A stretch of 64,000 nt of DNA from Hydrolagus affinis (Eukaryota). Under the pieces are notes generated by a model, which saw only the letters and a program-made list of their open reading frames with translations, ran no database searches and was not told where the DNA came from. The stretch lies in contig JAAILG010001553.1 in NCBI GenBank assembly GCA_012026655.1, forward strand, positions 1 to 64,000. Direction: 5' to 3'. The translations under genes were made by a program, and so were the position numbers. Numbering within the stretch: the stretch's first letter is position 1; the number at the start of each line of letters is the position of its first letter. Shown here piece by piece: positions 51,186 to 64,000 of this stretch.

Positions 51186-52029
51186 CAGCACAAACCTTTT
51201 GGAGCAGCAGTATATTTTAATATTTGTATTCAGAGTAGCTGCAGAAGAATATAAATATTAAAATACACTGTGTATATTTGATGTGTGATTTATTTGAAAC
51301 AAATAAATGGAAACTATTTGTTTCATACCTTTCATGATAATTTGCAATCTTCAATTAAAATGGAAAGCAATCGATTATAATTGGAGTGAAGATCGAGTTC
51401 ACGGTGTCTAAGTCTAAGGTAAGTTATCGTGAACTTACAAGGAAATATTGACGTGCAGGAAGCCTACTAATGCATGATGAGAATGGAGGTAAAAGTCAGA
51501 TGGTAAATGACAAATCAACATGCCTAATAATAGTGAAAAATCTCAAACCTTACTCTGCTAAACAAATACGGTTAACGTTCCAAGCTCTCCCAGCACTCGG
51601 CGTGTGAAAGGCACTATCTAAATGCAAGTTGTTGTTGTAAATGCAATATTGTGACTCACACTCTGGAAATATTGGAAATGTTATTTCAGCCTTTACAGGA
51701 ATGTTATTTCAACAATGTGTATGAGGGGCAAATGGCTGTACTCAGTCTCTGTAAATCTACGGCTCGTCTAAGGGTTAACATGTTTATTAAGCACATCGCG
51801 TGATATATATTATAGATTTTAACAAGAACTGCTCAACTCTTTCTGAGAAACATATGGATGAGTCATTATTACCAATTACTTATTAAGGATCTTTTAGGCT
51901 TTGAGATCTTCATAATTCTTCTCTCATGATCCCATTGTTTGAGTCTTAAGAATTAATTCACTCCATGTACAAAAGCAAAACTTCTTTGAAATGGAGGCTC
52001 ATATTCATAGGTTGCAAAAGGTTCCTTTA

Positions 52030-52330
52030 GAAATCATTTTACAATGTCTATGTGGATGAGGACTGCATCAAACATTTGGTCTTCACTGAAGAATATACTT
52101 CAAAATGTTAATAGAACCATTGCCCAATGTGCACTCTGTGCTTGCTTTGAAGGCTTTACCTTCATCTGCCATGTTCACAGAAAACTGTTTTGGCTCAACA
52201 GATAAAGAGGATGCCAAAGAGCTGATTAACATTTTAATATATATGGATGATATGGAGATTGCGGATGAAACAAACACAGGTCAAAGAGTTGAAGTGCAAG
52301 ATAGATTCAAATATCTGTTGTGGGACTCTA
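52030..52330 (+). mobile_element. Ancient non-LTR reverse transcriptase remnant
   Basis: FYNVYVDE, ILIYMDDMEIA (YxDD motif) and VEVQDRFKYL in the expected order. Confidence 0.55.
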
Positions 52331-53530
52331 CGTTAGATATTATTTATTTGGTGAAGTTTTGCCAGGAGTTGCAAGCTCTGAAATTTCCTATCACAATCTA
52401 ACCAGCGTTGATTCACCCGATTAAAAAAGCTGCAACAATTTAGCATCACATCAACCAGGATTCTGATTGGGAGAAGGAAACCCAATTTACATTTTCCCTT
52501 CACAAGGAACTGAATAAATTTCTGCTCAACAGAAAACTCTTCAAATGTGAACCAATTACAGTTAGATTATTAATTTTACTAATGAATTGGAATAATGTCC
52601 ATTTCTAAATATGGCAAAAAAAATTTAAGTTGGGTTCAATAGAACAGGCAAGATTTGAAAAAAATTCAAATTTAGAAGTTACCCCTTGCCTATTTAAAAA
52701 CACATCTGTTCATAGTAATACATTTTTCACTGTTCCAGAGGCAACAGAAGCAGACTGTCAGAGACAAGCCAATATGTTAGACTTCAAAAAGCTCTTTCCA
52801 AGTTTTCTGCCTAAAAATCTCCAAAAATATAGTATACTGATACTGTGACCAAACTATAATTTTTAATGTGTTAATAATATTGTCACACATTGCTGCTGTC
52901 TGATAAATCACCACACTTCTTAAAAATGAATAGCTCACCTTTTCAAATGATTAACTTTATGTATCAAATATTTTGCATCAAGGAAGACATACAATTAGCA
53001 ATGGTATAGGTGAAAACAAATCTTTTTCTCCCCATTGTACGGAGCAAATTTATTCATTGACACCCCCACACACAAACCCTTGAGAGTTTATAGTAAAATC
53101 TCATTATCTTTGAAACCCTGGAGACTTTAGTATATTTCTGCATGATTAACTCAGAAAATTGAGCATGGACAATAAATTTATCTGAAGACAATTTCTGAAA
53201 GCCAGTCAAAGTACCACAACACAAATTGGCTAATTGTGCTCCTGCAATACACATCTGTCAGTGTCAATGAAACTGGCTGTTGTACACTTTGCTCAGGTAT
53301 AACTTTTATTCATGGAAAACATGATCACAACATGTTACAGTTGTCCTTGTACATGCATAACCACTAGGTAACCATCGTCAAGTTATATTCATGCCTTAGG
53401 TATCTGAGCATCTCACACAATTGGATAGAATGAGTGGCTTGACATCCGATGGATGATCCTTCTTTCAATCCTGACATCCAAGTTTGCTTAACTTCCCTTT
53501 TACTCAAAACTACTTATATAGCACCATTCA

Positions 53531-54250
53531 TACAACAACAACAACTTTGATTTATATAGCACCCTCCACGTCAGACAGCGTCTCAGAGTACTTCACAACA
53601 ACGGATCCTGGGACTGAGCCAGGGGCAGGGGTAGAAAGGTAACCAAAGACGTGGTTGAAGACAAAGGTCTTTAGCTGAGACCTGAAACTGGGAAAAGAGG
53701 GGGCGAGGTGAAGGGAGTGAGGAAGGGAGTTCCAGAGCCTCGGGGTGTAGTGGCTGAAGGCACAGCTGCCGATGGTGGAGCACAGGATTCGGGGGACACG
53801 GAGGAGGCTAGACCCGGTGGAGCGAACACAATGGTTGCTGGTTTGAGGAGAGAGGAGGTCAGAGAGGTAGGGGGTTGCAGAGGAGTGGAGGGATTTGAAA
53901 TCGTTCCTCTCTGGGACAGGGAGCCAGTGAAGTCTGGCAAGGACTGGGTTAATGGGGGAGTGAAGTTTGGTGCGGGTGAGAATGTGGGCAGCAGAGTTTT
54001 GAATGAGTTGGATTTTATGGATTGTGGTGAAGGGGAGACCAGTGAGGAGGGCATTGGAATAGTCTATTCGAGAGGTGACAAAGGCATGGACCAGAGTTTT
54101 AGCGGCTTTTGGGGCGAGATATTGCCGGAGATGGGTGATAACCTAACAGGCTTAGGTTATAGAGGCCCAATCAGATCGGAGAAGTAGGGAGGTACCAGGG
54201 TGTGGAGAAATTTGAAGCTGAGAGTGAGGATCATAAAATCAATTAATTGC
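53531..54250 (-). mobile_element. L2 LINE 3' portion
   Basis: Nearly identical 3' end to the 25081 copy and extends further into ORF2 with deletions. Confidence 0.9.
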
Positions 54251-55681
54251 TGGTCTGATCTTTCTCTTCTTGTCCCCGCATATTCTAATTACACCACCCT
54301 TCCTTGTATTTTCATTGTATTGAAAATTAAGGTCCATTTTGTGTGGTCTTCTATTCTAACTTATTCTTTCCCATAATAATAAATAATCGTTGCATTTGAT
54401 ACAGAGCCTTATCTTTGTGATGTCTCAAAACGCTTCACAGAATATACTGTAAAGTGAATTAACTGTATATTTTGCAGGTTTAAATATTTAAATACTATGG
54501 ATCTCACCATCTCCCCCAATCTTCACATCCTCTTACAATCTACAGGATTTTAAACTTAACTTTTTGTTACTATCAAGTAACTTCTTGACTTCTTGTTGTC
54601 TTTTCAACCTTGGTGTCTCTTTACTCAGATCAGTGGGAATATTTTAGAGAAAATGTGCATTCTTTCCCTGGTTGGAAGCACCCTATTTACCTAATTTCAA
54701 AGAGCATTAGGAACAGATTGACGAGAGCTAAGGGTTGTGGACACCAGGGTGTGAGCTGGGGTGCTGCTGGAGATTAACCGCGTAGTTCAATCTGTATAGA
54801 TTGCTATTTGTTTTTAGATGATTAAGTAACAATGGTCAATGGTAATCAAATGTTTCAATAAAAGTTATTTTATTGTTTGAAAAAGGTAAAACTGGCGGGT
54901 TCATCTTATTATTTAATAACACCATTTGATTAATATTACAGCTGTATATTGTTTGTACGACTGCTTGGAACTACCTGAATCTGAATAATATGAAAGCAAG
55001 TGGTGCAGATGGTTCATTTCATTCGGCTCATATAACAGTCTGCTTTCAAAAGCATCTGTGGATTATGAGTAGGCTTTTTTAAATTCAAAGAAAAACATTT
55101 ATTAAAACACTTCTAACAATAGTGGATATATGTGATGATCTGCATAATGTATAAAATGTAATATCGTTAAGTGCATAACATTACCACTAGGATTTTCACA
55201 ATGCTTTGAAACTGTACAAATCTTCAATAAACCTTATGAAACATGAAGAAGCCACAAAGCAACCAGTTTGTAAGCAACATGATCTGTTATCTGATGTTCT
55301 TGAACTGAAGCCTAAATTACAGCACTTTGTGACATAAGGAGACAGGCAGGTTCAGTTAAGTTGACTTTACAGTCTCAGAACATTAGGTGAGATGAGGCGA
55401 CACCCCAAGGCTGGTTACAGGATTGGTCACAACAAAATATGTTAGATCTTCCTCCAAGTATAGTCAACCTTTGGTACTGGAATGCGTTCAATCTGGGATA
55501 CGTTTTGCAATGACTGTGAAGTTGAGTTTAGAAAATAGTGTTTCTCTTTGCCATATCTGAAAGTTCACAACATTCATGAAATGGAACCCTTGAGTAAGCA
55601 ATCAGCTCGTGGGAGAATTTAATAATAAAATAAAGGCTTGTTGATTCGACGAAACATGAAATGTCTTAGCTGCAACAGCTA

Positions 55682-56027
55682 TAATAATAAGAAGAAGAAT
55701 CCTTGCATTTGATATAGTGCTTTTCCCATCTTATCAACGTCCCAAAGCGCTTCACAGAATATACTGTAAAGTGAATTGACTGTATATATTTGTGGGTGAA
55801 TCGCGGCAGCCAATTGCATACAACAGTGTCCACAAACAGTCGTGGATTGAAATGACCGATTTTATTATTGTGTTTTTTTGGGGAGGGATTATTATTAGGC
55901 GTGTGGAGTAAGGAAACTTGCCCAAGGTTTCGCCCTGACCTGAGCTGCCTGGATTCGAACACAGGTCTCCCCAGCTTGGTCTCCCCAGCTTGCAACACAA
56001 GTGCTCTAACCACTGAGCCACAGGAGC
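55682..56027 (-). mobile_element. tRNA SINE, young subfamily, intact A/B boxes
   Basis: TGGCTCAGTGG and GTTCGAATCC on the minus strand. Confidence 0.92.
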
Positions 56028-59000
56028 TATTCAGCCATGTGGGTCAAGGAGGGTAAAAATCAGCCAGTGTTTCTCATCCTGATAGTTATCTAGAAACCCA
56101 ATTGTAAGGTCTGTACGTGTGATCCTTGGTGACCATAAGGTTAGGCTCGGTTGTGGTTCCATCCGCCTCCACAGTCTGCCAACTGGAGGGCAACTGTGAT
56201 GCACTCTAGGATTTGTATCTCCATTGAAAGAAAACAGAGGTAGCACCTTGAGAAGTTCTTGTACATTTAGAACTGAACATAGAGGTATAAACAAGAAAGG
56301 CTTCACAGAACATGAAAATGTTATTCAGCTAACTCTAACATCTGCACAAGTAGGGACAAGTAGGATCTCTTCCAGTGATCAAAAGAATGCCCCATTGACC
56401 TGCAGGAGCTTTGTTCTGATTATCTATAATAATCCATATATTTGTACATTGCCTTTCAGGCTAGAAGGATATCTTAAAGCACATGAAGGATATTCTGTAA
56501 AGTGCGGTGTTCGTGTATTTGTAGGTGAATCCTAGTAGCCATTTAAGCAGAGCAATGTCCCACAGACTGCCATAAATAAACGACCAATTTTATTTGGGGG
56601 ATTGTTGGCCAGGGTGCATAGATACATTTCTGCCCTTACTTCCTTTAAGGAATTTCATTAAGAAATATTGCATACTAAAACTCAATGTGCTAAGGTTATG
56701 ACCACACACACTGGCTCATTTGCTTTTTGTTTTCAATGATATGAAACCCAAAGCCATCATTATTGTCATTCTTTCAATCTTTTTCCCCCCAAATTTTGGT
56801 CCTTTGAACAGAACTGCGCATGACAGAGGCAATTTCATTAGCACTATTAACATTCTGATTTTTTTTAAATTCAGACAATAAGCCTTTTCCCTTGTAAATG
56901 TACAGATCGATGTAATGCTTTATGAAATATTCCTCATACAATTATATAAAACAACTAAATTGGCAGTAAAATATTAAGCTTAAAATATTATATTTACTAC
57001 GTCTTAGTTAAAGACTTGAAATCTGTAAACATGTGGAGATTTTCCATTGTGGAAACACAATGTATCCATTTTAAGAGTCAAATAGAATTTTTCTCTCTAT
57101 TTGGCTATATGAATTATTATAATTTAGAAATATCCTTTGATGAAAAATAAGAAACCATCAGTGACTATAAATGTATCTTTTCATTTTATGATTTACATCT
57201 CCACTTGAGACATCTCACATCTAAATATATTTGCATTTTGTGGGGAAAATGCCACTGATCAAAGAGCAACAGGTTCAGTAAAATGCATTAGTTAATTGTC
57301 AACATGAGCTCATGATGTGGCGAAGAATGATGAAAGCGAGCTATTGAAAATGTGAAAAACATGTCTCACTTCAATCAGTCCCCTTCAAATGGGGTTTTAA
57401 GCCCTCTCCACTTGTTACTTCTTTTGCTGAACTTTCTCTGACTATACAGGTGCCCATCACATCAAAGCTCAGTTTGATCAAACAAAACAGCGTATTTCGA
57501 ATTCAAACACATTAGCGTTTTAAGAGAAAAGATGTTAACGAAGCGAGAAGAATAGCAGTTTTTTAAAAAATAAAGAAAGTTCACATATATTATTGCTCTT
57601 GAGCCTTTGTATATTCTAGCCATGTCTGAATAAAATTGGTCTTTGTATAAACAAATAAGTATTTCCATTGGAAAGTAGCACTAGAGTGCAGTGCGTATTA
57701 TGTCTTCTGAGATATCAATCTTTTAACTAAAAAATGAACAATCATTTGGAAAAGCAACATAGTATAATGACCAATGGAAACTAAAACATACAAACTGGAC
57801 AAAACGTAATTTTAACGAAAGTTAAAATGATAGTATTACTCTTTAAGTGAAATACTTCCTTATAGTTTGGGAACTGTTTAAATCATTCTGACATTTCACT
57901 CCTACTTACAAATGCAGGCTGTTAGCTTGTGCGATTACATGGCTCATTAATAATCAATGGTTAAGAATCATTACAATTAATTTTACATTCTGGGTGCCCT
58001 GAAAGATGCTTTGCTCATTCATTCAATTTCACATTTCTGAGCATCAAAATAATAGTAAAAGTCTGTGTACAGTTGAGTCCAGGGTTTGCATTAAAAAGAC
58101 CTTTCAAAGTAAGATTTTTTTGTTTGTTTACTGGTTGGATCAAATTGATCTTTTGTGGTCCTCCATCAGAAAATGCAACTGTCGAGATTGAAATCTGAAC
58201 CTGAATTTTTACTTAATTACACTAATTTAGAATAATTTGGAAACATCCAAATATTTGACGCATTCCACGCACTTGGGAATGTTTGCAACTGGATGTTGAA
58301 GGCAGGATTCTGTGGTGTATGTTCTCTTTGTCGGAATAGAGAGGGGACTTGAGTGATGGAGTCATGTCTTGTGTGAAGCATAAACAATGACACAGACCAG
58401 TTTGGCTGTAAGTCCCTGTTTTCCTATCATATCATTCTACGTAACATTCTCAGCTCTACTACTAAACGTTGAATAACAAAGTTATGTGAGAAAAATACAA
58501 ATCGCTACATCTAAAAATACCTAAACAAGTTTACCGTGGAAATCAAATGGACTCCTTTTCCGTTAAATAAACAGAAATCTATATGCTAATTATTTTCTTT
58601 TTTCATGTGGTATTACCACAATGCTGTGCTTTATAAGGATGCCATTTTCAGCTGGCTTCTTCCTCATGTGGCTTGAGTAGAAAATGATCTAGCACGTTTT
58701 CATTTCTTACTTTTTCCAATAATTGGTGCTTAGAGACTTAGCTACAAAAGTGTACACAAATTACACAAGCGTAATTTTATTCTTGTTGTTAGCGGTTCAA
58801 AACTTGGGAAAAGCAGATCGACCTTTCCAAAAGTATTCTTTAAGTGAAGAATCCGTCAAAAACGTACTTAAATCAAACATAATGAATTGTTGCATGACCA
58901 ATACTGTGTTGGGGACTTCTTGTCCGTAATCTCCAATGATGTACAAATTCCAGGGGCCCTTAGAAAATTGAAGGAAAAGATGATTTGTCTCCCACCTCCT

Positions 59001-60396
59001 ACCCCAATCCATCCAGGGCCATGAGCCAACTTGTGACTAGATCAGAGCTGCTTTGACAGAGATCTGCAAGCAGGTCACAATTCAAGAGACAAGGGCGAAA
59101 ACCCCCCAGAATAATCGAACAATGTAAAACAAAACAATCCAAATCCTTAATCAGATCAAATATACTTTCTAATTGCATCTTACTACCAATAGATATGCTA
59201 AATTTTTAAATTGAAGAAAACAGTGTTAAATGAAAATTGAGGTCCTTATTAGAGAAATATATCAAAATGTTTCTTGAACTCATGCGTACATAACATATGC
59301 TAGCCACGTTTTAACATTTTAATATCAAAGAATGCATTAAAATGTGGATAAAAAGGATCCAAGATTAGATGGCCTAATTTTGTCCATCTAAACCCCTATG
59401 GAAATATGAAGCAATCCTCTCTTATTACAAATATTAGACAAAATAGAATAAAAATCCCACACATTGATCTTATTACTGCTTATTGTTGAACATTTCGAAT
59501 GGACAATAATTTCATCAGTGCAAAGTGTTTCCAAATCATTGGCAAATCAACAGAAAAAGGCAAATACTACAATCAATGTTTAACCTCTGTGTGTGTGTGT
59601 TTTTAAAAAAAGTAAAATATGATTTTCAAGGACAAATCATTTGCAATTAAACGCACAATGGAAACTTTATGTTGGATGTCAGTTTTGCTTAACAAACTAA
59701 TACGTCTTAGCAAATTGGCTGAGACAACTGAACTTTGTCCTGAAAATTGGGTCAAAATACAATTTATTGCATTTGAAATAAAGAATTTGCTGCATACCCT
59801 GCATTTAACTTCACAGTGTGTGGGCTAAAGAAACAAATGGCTAATCTAAAACCAATGAAGATTGACAAAACCCACAGATGTGACATTGTTGCAATAAAAT
59901 ATATCCCATCATATATCACTGTCACAGAGATCTATTTTTCTTTAGTCATAAATAGATCTGTGATATGAATGTTGTAGAAACGTACAGTTCATTAATATAT
60001 ACCTTAAAATATCAATGTTCACATTATGTAGACAAAGTACAGTTGAAATGATCATAAATAAAAATACTATGCACTGAATCAGTTCGACTTTACCATGCTA
60101 CCATTTAAACTGTTTGTGGAACTCAGAATATTTAGACACTGGGATTTAATGCAGTTGCGCGTTATTAATCCTTTCTTTATGAATGACAGGAAAGTCCATT
60201 GATTCTCCAAAGCAAAAATAGGGAGTTTCTGGAAATTACCCTTGCAAGTGAGATAATAGCAAAAATTAAAGTTGCAAGACCTTAGAGGATGTTATGAAGT
60301 AAGATTGTATGACTTATACACATGTGGTATGAAACATGATGTTAAACATTTTCAAACAATTTATGCAAAAACTCTTTAAATAAAGAAAAAAGCTGA

Positions 60397-60740
60397 AAAT
60401 AATAATAATAAAATAATCCTTGCATTTGATATAGCACTTTCCACATCTTATCAACGTCCCAAAGCGCTTCACAGAATATACTGTAAAGTGAATTGACTGT
60501 ATATATTTGTGGGAGAATCGCGGCAGCCAATTGCGCACAGCAGTGTCCCACACACTGTCGTGGATTGAAATGACCGATTTTATTATTGTGTTTTTTTGGA
60601 GGGATTATTATTAGACGTGTGGAGTAAGGAAACTTGCCCAAGGTTTCGCCCTGACCTGCCTGGATTCGAACACAGGTCTCCCCAGCTTGGTTTCCCCAGC
60701 TTGCAAGACAAGTGCTCTAACCACTGAGCCACAGGAGCTC
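60397..60740 (-). mobile_element. tRNA SINE, young subfamily, intact A/B boxes
   Basis: A box 60721-60731 and B box 60662-60671 on the minus strand; L2-like tail ending in (ATT)n. Confidence 0.92.
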
Positions 60741-61515
60741 CAAACGTCTACCAAACGCAAGGAATTGGGAATACCCTGGAATCATTGCAATGAACTGTCA
60801 CCAATCGCAAGGTCCTCACTGAAATGTTTGATATTGTGTGATTTGTGCTGGGTTGTTACAGTTTACTTTGGAGTTTGATGCTGATGCATTACCACATCTT
60901 GTACTCCCTATGATGCTAAGCACAGATATAAGACTTTTTTTCCTCCAAATATAGTACAGGGCGGGGATTGTTTGTTGAATCTTGACAGGTTGATTGCAGT
61001 GCTATATAAATCAACATTATGCAACCTTCAGTTTCTACCTTATCCTTACGAGTTCCGCCTTCAGAAGCCAAAGCAAATAATTTGCATAAACACAATTAAT
61101 TTTTAATAGCAAGACATAAATTATTTTTCATTAAAACTGGGTTCTGTTTAAAGTGGCATAATACACTTATGATCTTGGCAGTTTAAACACACAGCCTGTT
61201 TAAATCAATCAAAAGGGTTCTGCTGTTTATTTCCACCAATACTTCGCAACCTGAAAAGAGCTGACATTTTGTGTAAATGTACTGCATTGAGGTTAGTGCT
61301 TCAAGAGTAGGACACCTCACATAACTGCTGGACTATTTAAAGAGTTGATCATAATGGGAAAGATAACCACAACTTTGAGCAACATGGGACAACACTGTAT
61401 GGAATGTACATTTCAGTGGATAATTATGGGTGCATACACAATTTATAATCCCAACATACATTGGCACAGGAAATGGAACACAATGATGATTTAACAAAAA
61501 GACAGATTTTTGTAG

Positions 61516-61817
61516 TAATAATAATAGTCCTTGTATTTGATATAGTGCTTTTCACGTCTTTTATATAGACGTCTCAAAGCGCTTCACAGAATATACTGCA
61601 AAGTAAATTGACTGTATATTTGTGGGAGAAATGCGGCAGCCAATTGCGTACTGCTGTGTACCACAAACAGTAGTAGATTAAAATGACCAGTTTATTATTA
61701 TTTTGTGGGATTATTATTAGGCGTGTGGAGAAAGGAAACTTGCCCAAGGTTTTGCCCTGACCTGCCTAGAATCAAACCCAGGTGTCTCGTTTGTAAGGCA
61801 AGTGCTCTAATTACTCA
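61516..61817 (-). mobile_element. tRNA SINE (short form)
   Basis: Family consensus. Confidence 0.87.
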
Positions 61818-61971
61818 ATAAAAGTACAACATTTACCGCTTTTTTTAGAACAGCAGTTCTCAATCAGATTAAAACAGCTCCATTTCAATGGTTTGGATTG
61901 AATGGACTTCATTGCATTTGAGTTTCCCACCACTGCACTTCGTTGGATTATCGTATTTCTATTTTCATCAA

Positions 61972-62790
61972 ATAACAATAACAAAATTATATTTATAGAG
62001 CGCCTTTCACGTCAGGCAGGGTAGGAGGGTGGGGAGGGAGAGAGGTGGAAGGGTGGCTGAAGGCACGATTGAAAAGGAGTGAGGAAGCGAGGTGAAGGGA
62101 CTCTGGGATGGAGTTCCAGAGTGTAGGGGCAGAGGGGCTGAAAGCCCGGCCATCAATGTTAGGGTGGGTCGGGCGGGAGACGTGGAGCACACCAGAGCCA
62201 CTGAACGAAGGGGGAGAGCAGGTTGGCAGTGAGTCAGCAGGTTGGAGAAATAGAAAGGGGCAAGGCCTTGAAAGTGAAGAAAAGGATCTTGAATTCAATC
62301 CTCTGGGGGATGGGGAGCCAATGGAGTTGGGTGAGGGTGGGAGTGATGGGGTCGCAGAACCTGGTGCGGGTGAGGACACGAGCTGCGGAGGTTTGGATGA
62401 TCAGCAGCTTGTGAAGGGAAGAGCTGGGAAGGCCGTCGAGTAGGGAGTTTCCATAGTCAAGCCTTGATGTGACGAATGCATGGGTGAGGGTTTCGGCAGC
62501 CTGAGGGGTGAGGCAGTGGCGGAGTCTGGCAATGTTACGGAATTGGTGGAAGGCAGTGCTGGTCATGGCGTGGATGTGGGGGAGGAAGGACAGTTCAGGG
62601 TCAAACAAGTCACCCAGAATCCTGACTGATTTGAAGAGATGGAGAGTGCAGCCATGGATGCTGATGCTGCCAGCGACCAAGGTGGGGAGGCGCTGACGCG
62701 AGCCAATCAGGAGGGCTTCAGTCTTGCTGACATTCAGCTGGAGAAAGTTGTCCCAGGACACGATGTTGGACGGGCAGGAAGTCACACACT
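61972..62790 (-). mobile_element. L2 LINE ORF2 3' part
   Basis: NFLQLNVSKTEALLIG...HAFVTSRLDYGNSLL...QTSAARVLTR...LHWLPIPQRIEFKIL. Confidence 0.95.
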
Positions 62791-62899
62791 TTTACAAGAA
62801 ATATCCAAATGCAATCATCCATAGGCTATGATAAGGTAATGCAGATATTCCAAAATTAGAGTTATTCAAAGGCAGTGAAACTATAGACCAATCTGTTCC

Positions 62900-64000
62900 A
62901 AATATAAGAGGGAAGGCAGTTAAGGAATTAATAAAAGGAGCAGTTACGCTATTAGGGGTATACTATAGACCATCAAATAGTCAGAAGGAGATAGAAGAGC
63001 AGATCTGCAAGCGGATTTCGGAAAGATGCAAAGCCAATAGAGTAGTGATAATGGGAGACTTTAATTATCTCAACATCGACTGGCAGAATAGTAGTGTAAA
63101 GGGAAAGGAGGGAGAAGAATTCCTGAAATGTGTACAGGACAACTTTCTTGATCAGTATGTTTCCAGTCCAACAAGGAAGGATGCAATGCTGGTTCTAGTT
63201 TTGGGGAATGAGGTGGGGCAAGTACAACAGGTTTCTGTAGGTGAGCACCTAGGAAATAGTGATCACAACATCATTAGATTCAGAGTAATTATGGAAAGGG
63301 ATAAGGAACACTTAAAGGTGAAGACACTCAACTGGAAGAAGGCTAATTTCAGCGAGTTAAAATAGGACCTAGCCAAGGTGGACTGGAAAAAAAGATTGGC
63401 AGGTAAACAGCTAACGAGCAGTCTTCAAGGAAGAGATAGTTCGGGCACAGGTCAAAAACATTCCAACAAAGATAAAATGCAGGGCATCCAAACTTCCCTG
63501 GATGACTAGGGCAATTGGGGTTAAAGTAAAGCAAATAAAGGAGGCTTATGACAAGTGTCAGGCCCAAGATATAGAGGTCAACCAAGCAGAATATAGGAAA
63601 TGCAGGAGAGAACTGAAAAAGGAAATTAGAGGGGCAAAAAGATTGCATGAGAAACAATTAGCAGGTAATATTAAAGGGAACCGTAAGGTATTTTACAAAC
63701 ATGTTAAAAGTATAAGATTGGTCAAGGTAGGGTGGGGCCAATTAGGGGCCAATGAGGAAATCTTATTGTGGAGGCAGAGGGCATGGCTGATGTACTGAAT
63801 GAGTACTTTGCCTCTGTCTTCACAAGAGAAGAGGATGCAGCCAATGTCACAGTATTGGAGGAGAGGGTAGAAGAAATGTATAGGATTAGTATAAACAGAG
63901 AGGAAGTACTGAAAAGGTTGACGGTGCTCAAGGTAGATAAGTCACCTGGTCCAGATGGGATGCGTCCTACGTTACTAAGGGAAGTACGGGAGCAAATAGC
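62900..64000 (+). mobile_element. CR1 LINE ORF2 (endonuclease domain and linker), frameshifted, continuing beyond the window
   Basis: GVYYRP, IMGDFNYLNIDW, DQYVSSPTR, HLGNSDHNII, NEYFASVFT, KSPGPDG. Confidence 0.93.

Noticed and set aside
54565-55037. Possible solo LTR (TGTTA...TAACA with internal AATAAA)
   Set aside because: No target-site duplication and no second copy in the window; insufficient support.
55666-56056. Recurrent similar peptides (KLVISIHDCLWDT, VSLLHTPNN) suggesting a gene family
   Set aside because: They are translations of the same SINE consensus.
60655-60740. tRNA-like sequence with A and B boxes
   Set aside because: It is the head of a multi-copy SINE, has an internal duplication and lacks a proper acceptor stem; it is not a tRNA gene.

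Overview
Vertebrate genomic DNA, AT-rich and intron-containing. The repeat content (tRNA/Deu-type SINEs, L2 and CR1 LINEs, a Penelope-type hairpin) points to a cartilaginous fish, probably a chimaera (inference). There are two + strand genes whose exons could be assembled with GT-AG sites and consistent phases. (1) The last 10 coding exons (3082-19040) of an NHE2/SLC9A2-like Na+/H+ exchanger, whose first exons lie upstream of the window. (2) A complete 5-exon, 246-aa TMEM182-like gene (30419-40021). MFSD9, which lies between these genes in human, is not detectable, and both proteins look like the non-mammalian paralogues. The rest is intronic or intergenic DNA with SINE, L2 and CR1 copies, Tigger-, hAT- and foldback-type non-autonomous DNA elements, and a decayed Harbinger transposase. 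The most unusual features are a series of local inverted duplications (two nested pairs enclose the TMEM182-like promoter and exon 1) and a strong strand bias of retroposons. No CRISPR arrays, rRNA genes or true tRNA genes were seen.
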